From Nanobdellota archaeon (lineage in GTDB: Archaea; Nanobdellota; Nanobdellia; Pacearchaeales; GW2011-AR1): DNA of 64,000 nucleotides. The stretch lies in assembly GCA_022561055.1 (NCBI GenBank), contig JADFRY010000003.1, positions 35,357-99,356 of the forward strand. Direction: 5' to 3'. The stretch's first letter is position 1. Every line of letters starts with the position of its first letter. The notes beneath the pieces are model-generated. The model ran no database searches. It was not told the DNA's origin and was given only the letters and a program-made list of their open reading frames with translations. Position numbers and translations under genes: made by a program. This document shows, piece by piece, positions 60,822-64,000 of the stretch.

Positions 60822-62482
60822 CTCCTAATTATCTCATAAATAAATACATCCTGCTTTACATTTAAAAGTGTAAATGTAATATCTTCATAGGTTTTAGATT
60901 GTTTAATATCTTGTTGCCCAGTTGAAAAATCTATCTTTGTGTCCATAAAAGGTATTTCCCAGGCTGATATTTGTCCGTTTTGATATCTAATTTGCTTCAT
61001 CCATTCTGGATGTCCTGGTTCAGAGAAGGAAACAAATATGTATTTCACATCTGTATTTTCCCTTACCTTTTCTAGAAACTCTTCAAAAGTATAGTCTTTG
61101 CCTTCTACCCCTACTAATTGTTCTGGCTGGAGAACCTTTCTTTCAGAGTAATAAATTGTCTGAGGAACTGGCTGACTTATTATTATATCATCCTCGGTAG
61201 AGATTCCCTTAACATATAAACTAGCTTCTCTAAGTCCTTCAAAAGATCCTGCCCTATTTTTTATAATGCTGTCTGCTTGTTGTATTTGAGAATAACCACC
61301 AACACCTATCAAGGTAATGATTAGTATGACAGCAATCACTTTATTATATTTTTTTATGTAATTACCAATAACAAGAGTTCCTCTTGATATACATATAAAT
61401 GCCCCAAGAACTAAAGGTAAATACCACCTAGGCTCACCAAAAGAATTCTGTGCTCTTAAGAAAAAGATAAAATACGCAAGTGTAATAATTATTGTTATAA
61501 GCATAAAAATATCTCCTCTTACCTTTCCTCTTTGAATCTTTCTGATATGGCCAAAAGATAAGAAAACACTGAAAATCAACACAGCAACACCAATCCAAAA
61601 CAAATAGAATAGGAGGTTACTTAAAAAACTGCCAAAAATAAAGTATGACTTGAAAACATCAAACGGAAGTAGAGTTATTGGATTTTTTGTATTAATGTAT
61701 GTTGCTGCTACTCCGCCTATTTTGGAAGTGAAGATAAATTTCTCTACTATAAAGAAGAAAACTGCGAAAACACCTAAACCAATCCAGTTATACTTATCCT
61801 TAATAATGTCTTTCCAATTTCTTGTTGATAAAACATAAAACAAAAAGAAAAATCCGAATAAGAAATATCCTCTCCTAATGGTATAAGTAAGGACGACTAA
61901 GAAAATTGTTATAGGAACGGCCCATTTAGGATCAATTTTTCCGAAAATCTTTTCTTTCCTTTCATATCCTTGCCAAAAAACGTAAATTGCTAAGAGTCCT
62001 ACTAAAAGTCCTGGAACACCAAGATGAAAACGCATGCTATTAAATAAAACAACCCAAAAAGTTGCCATTAAAAAAGAGGAAATTAGAGCAATTCTTTTAT
62101 CACTATATAAAAGGTTAACTAAAAAATATGTTAAAATTACAAGCAAAATTGAAGGGACTATTTCAAGCATGAACTTTGTTGCTGCTTCTGAGAATCCAAA
62201 TAAGAAAAACAGTGAAATAATAAATGGAAAAATAGAGTTGTGTTGTGGTGTTACAATCCAATCTGAATTAAATCCAGCTAAATTTTTTGCATAAGCGAGA
62301 TAATCTGCTTCATCCCACCAGATTGGTTGATTGCTTGTTAAAGTGAAATAATATAATCTAATAATAATTGCAAATATCAAAATCCCAATAAAGATAAGAT
62401 TATATGGGTTTTTTAGCCAGTTTTTTATTTTCTTTTTTCTTTTTTCAACTCTTTTTCCAACAATTTCTTGAGATTCTTCCAT
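60818..62482 (-). CDS. GT-C fold glycosyltransferase (PMT/ArnT, GT39/GT83-like)
   Basis: 554 aa with more than 10 TM. First-loop PIWWDEADYLAY (DE motif). C-terminal soluble domain. Confidence 0.7.
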   Translation of the reverse strand: MEESQEIVGKRVEKRKKKIKNWLKNPYNLIFIGILIFAIIIRLYYFTLTSNQPIWWDEADYLAYAKNLAGFNSDWIVTPQHNSIFPFIISLFFLFGFSEAATKFMLEIVPSILLVILTYFLVNLLYSDKRIALISSFLMATFWVVLFNSMRFHLGVPGLLVGLLAIYVFWQGYERKEKIFGKIDPKWAVPITIFLVVLTYTIRRGYFLFGFFFLFYVLSTRNWKDIIKDKYNWIGLGVFAVFFFIVEKFIFTSKIGGVAATYINTKNPITLLPFDVFKSYFIFGSFLSNLLFYLFWIGVAVLIFSVFLSFGHIRKIQRGKVRGDIFMLITIIITLAYFIFFLRAQNSFGEPRWYLPLVLGAFICISRGTLVIGNYIKKYNKVIAVILIITLIGVGGYSQIQQADSIIKNRAGSFEGLREASLYVKGISTEDDIIISQPVPQTIYYSERKVLQPEQLVGVEGKDYTFEEFLEKVRENTDVKYIFVSFSEPGHPEWMKQIRYQNGQISAWEIPFMDTKIDFSTGQQDIKQSKTYEDITFTLLNVKQDVFIYEIIRS

Positions 62483-62527
62483 TAATTTAAGGAGAAAGTG
62501 AGGTTTTTATTTGTTGAGGTTTTAATT

Positions 62528-63508
62528 TTATAAAGCTGATAAAACTTCTTCAACAGATATACTATTTACTAATTCTTCATTATATTGATCTTGTTTTTCT
62601 GGAAAGAAATCATAAAGCATTGGTGAAATTATTTTTTTTAGAAAGCCATAACCTTCTATCTCGTGGGGAGTTGTGCAAAAGAAAAGGCAAATAGTTGGTT
62701 TTTTTAAAGCAATAGATATATGGAGGGCAAGACTATCTGAACATACAATTTTATCACATAAATTAACTAATGCTGCAAATTCTCTATTTGAGTTGTAAGG
62801 ATTATTTTGATATACTTTTATATTGGAATCTTCTAGTTCTTGAAGAAATTCGGCATGTTGATTTATCTCATCAGGACCTCCAAATAAAATAACTTCATAT
62901 CCAAGTTGTTTTACCTTAATAATAAATTCTTTTATTTTTTCTTTTGACCATGCTTTTGAAGGCCATCTTGGACCTGTACCCATATGAATTCCAATTAATT
63001 TTTCCTTATTGATACTATTATTTTCTAAAAAATCCTCTGCAAATTTTTTATCTTCATCATTCAAGTAAATTGGGCAGTATTCTTTATTATAAGGAAGTGC
63101 TGCAGCTCCAGACATCATTTCCTGATATGTTTTTCTATTTGTCTTTTTGAGATCATCATCAAATAAAGTGTTAAGATAATACTCTGCGTTAAGATTAAAA
63201 GCTGTTGGATAGCCAGAGTCAGAATAAAATCCATATTTCTCATCAGCCTTAATTTCTTTTGCCAGCTTTGTCGCTTCTTCTTCTATATCAAAATTATATA
63301 AAATATCAAATTTCTCAGTAGTGTGAAAAGGAATGGCTAGAACTTTACTTATAAGTGGATGATTTTGAAGTAAATCTGTTATGTTTTGTTTTGTAAGCCA
63401 GTAAATTTCTGATTCTGGATATTTCTTCTTTAGCGCGGGAAGAATTGAAAGTGTCCTGACTACGTCTCCTTTTGCACCTAATTTTATAATCAATATCTTT
63501 TTTACCAT
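62528..63508 (-). CDS. GT9-family glycosyltransferase (heptosyltransferase-like)
   Basis: KILIIKLGAKGDVVRTLSILPALKKKYPESEIYWLT and C-terminal CSDSLALHISIAL. Confidence 0.7.
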   Translation of the reverse strand: MVKKILIIKLGAKGDVVRTLSILPALKKKYPESEIYWLTKQNITDLLQNHPLISKVLAIPFHTTEKFDILYNFDIEEEATKLAKEIKADEKYGFYSDSGYPTAFNLNAEYYLNTLFDDDLKKTNRKTYQEMMSGAAALPYNKEYCPIYLNDEDKKFAEDFLENNSINKEKLIGIHMGTGPRWPSKAWSKEKIKEFIIKVKQLGYEVILFGGPDEINQHAEFLQELEDSNIKVYQNNPYNSNREFAALVNLCDKIVCSDSLALHISIALKKPTICLFFCTTPHEIEGYGFLKKIISPMLYDFFPEKQDQYNEELVNSISVEEVLSAL

Positions 63509-63560
63509 GCGTTAGGAAGAATCATAGGTTTTTTAAAGGTTATTAGAAAGTTAGTATGTT

Positions 63561-63983
63561 ATGAAAATCTACATAGCAGGGAAGTTTTGGACAGAAGGAG
63601 AGAAAGAGATATTAAAGGAAATAGACTCTCTTTGTAAAAGTATTGACCTTGATACCTTTCTTCCTCATAGAGATGTTGGAATTGCACAGAGCATTGAAGA
63701 TGTAGAAAGAATTTTTAATGGGGATATAATAGAAGGATTTAAAAATATTGATTTGGTTATTGCAACTTTAGATGGCTTACATGTTGGGGCAGGAACTGCT
63801 TGGGAATTAGGGTATGCTTATGCAAAAGGTATTCCAGCTATAGGTCTAAAAACAGATGAATCGGTTGAAGAAGCTTTAGATTACTTGAGCGCTATTTTGA
63901 TAGGTTCTATGCCAGTAGTAAGATCGATGGAAGAGTTAAAAATGAAGTTAGAAGAATTTAAGAAAACTAATCTAAGGGCTTAG
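63561..63983 (+). CDS. Nucleoside 2-deoxyribosyltransferase-like protein
   Basis: MKIYIAGKF..., DGLHVGAGTAWELGYAYAKGIPAIGL. Confidence 0.65.
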   Translation: MKIYIAGKFWTEGEKEILKEIDSLCKSIDLDTFLPHRDVGIAQSIEDVERIFNGDIIEGFKNIDLVIATLDGLHVGAGTAWELGYAYAKGIPAIGLKTDESVEEALDYLSAILIGSMPVVRSMEELKMKLEEFKKTNLRA

Positions 63984-64000
63984 TTGACTCTATCTCTGTT

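Noticed and set aside
1-64000. Search for CRISPR arrays, transposases, integrases, rRNA or large tandem repeats
   Set aside because: None were seen. The only long exact repeat is the 82-nt inverted repeat at 56275/59780. The only att-like duplication is at tRNA-Ser.

Overview
AT-rich (about one-third GC by eye) archaeal chromosome segment, densely coded. Gene content and order suggest a small-genome DPANN-type archaeon (Pacearchaeota/Woesearchaeota-like); this placement is inference. Layout: (1) 1-12.7 kb is a cell-surface region. It holds a phosphatase-led operon of three type IV pilin-like proteins, an orphan wHTH gene, a putative S-layer protein, a phage tail-collar-like secreted protein, and a small archaeosortase next to a candidate substrate. 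(2) 12.7-19.2 kb (minus strand) is an information-processing and division block: sepF, pfdB, rpoP, methyltransferase, rpl37ae, tRNA-Pro, rpl11, spt5, Nudix, secE, ftsZ, FKBP. (3) 19.2-32.2 kb carries aIF5A, rpl40e, an S2P protease, the rpl1-rpl10-rpl12 operon, tRNA-Ser, guaB and purA. (4) 32.3-47.3 kb is the large archaeal ribosomal-protein cluster (rpl3 to rpl15), then secY, a DUF106/YidC-like gene and pfdA. (5) 48.2-63.5 kb is a protein-glycosylation island with aglB, GT4, a flippase, GT2s, rhamnose genes, a GT-C and a GT9. I added two conserved genes below the ORF-track size cut-off, rpoP (13808-13945) and rpl40e (19716-19886), plus two tRNAs. Most notable observations: a perfect 82-nt inverted repeat formed by the 5' ends of two otherwise diverged sugar dehydratase paralogs, bracketing 3.3 kb of rhamnose genes (possible invertible promoter-swap segment). 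Four lineage-specific genes are translationally wedged into otherwise canonical ribosomal-protein operons, including a DEDD exonuclease between rpl4 and rpl23. An archaeosortase and candidate substrate pair, and the pilin-like operon. The usual RNase P Rpp29 slot is empty, and both tRNA genes have TATA-like boxes about 25-30 nt from their mature 5' ends. A partial duplication of the tRNA-Ser 3' portion. No CRISPR array, transposase, integrase or rRNA was seen. All functional calls rest on motif recognition by eye, not database searches.
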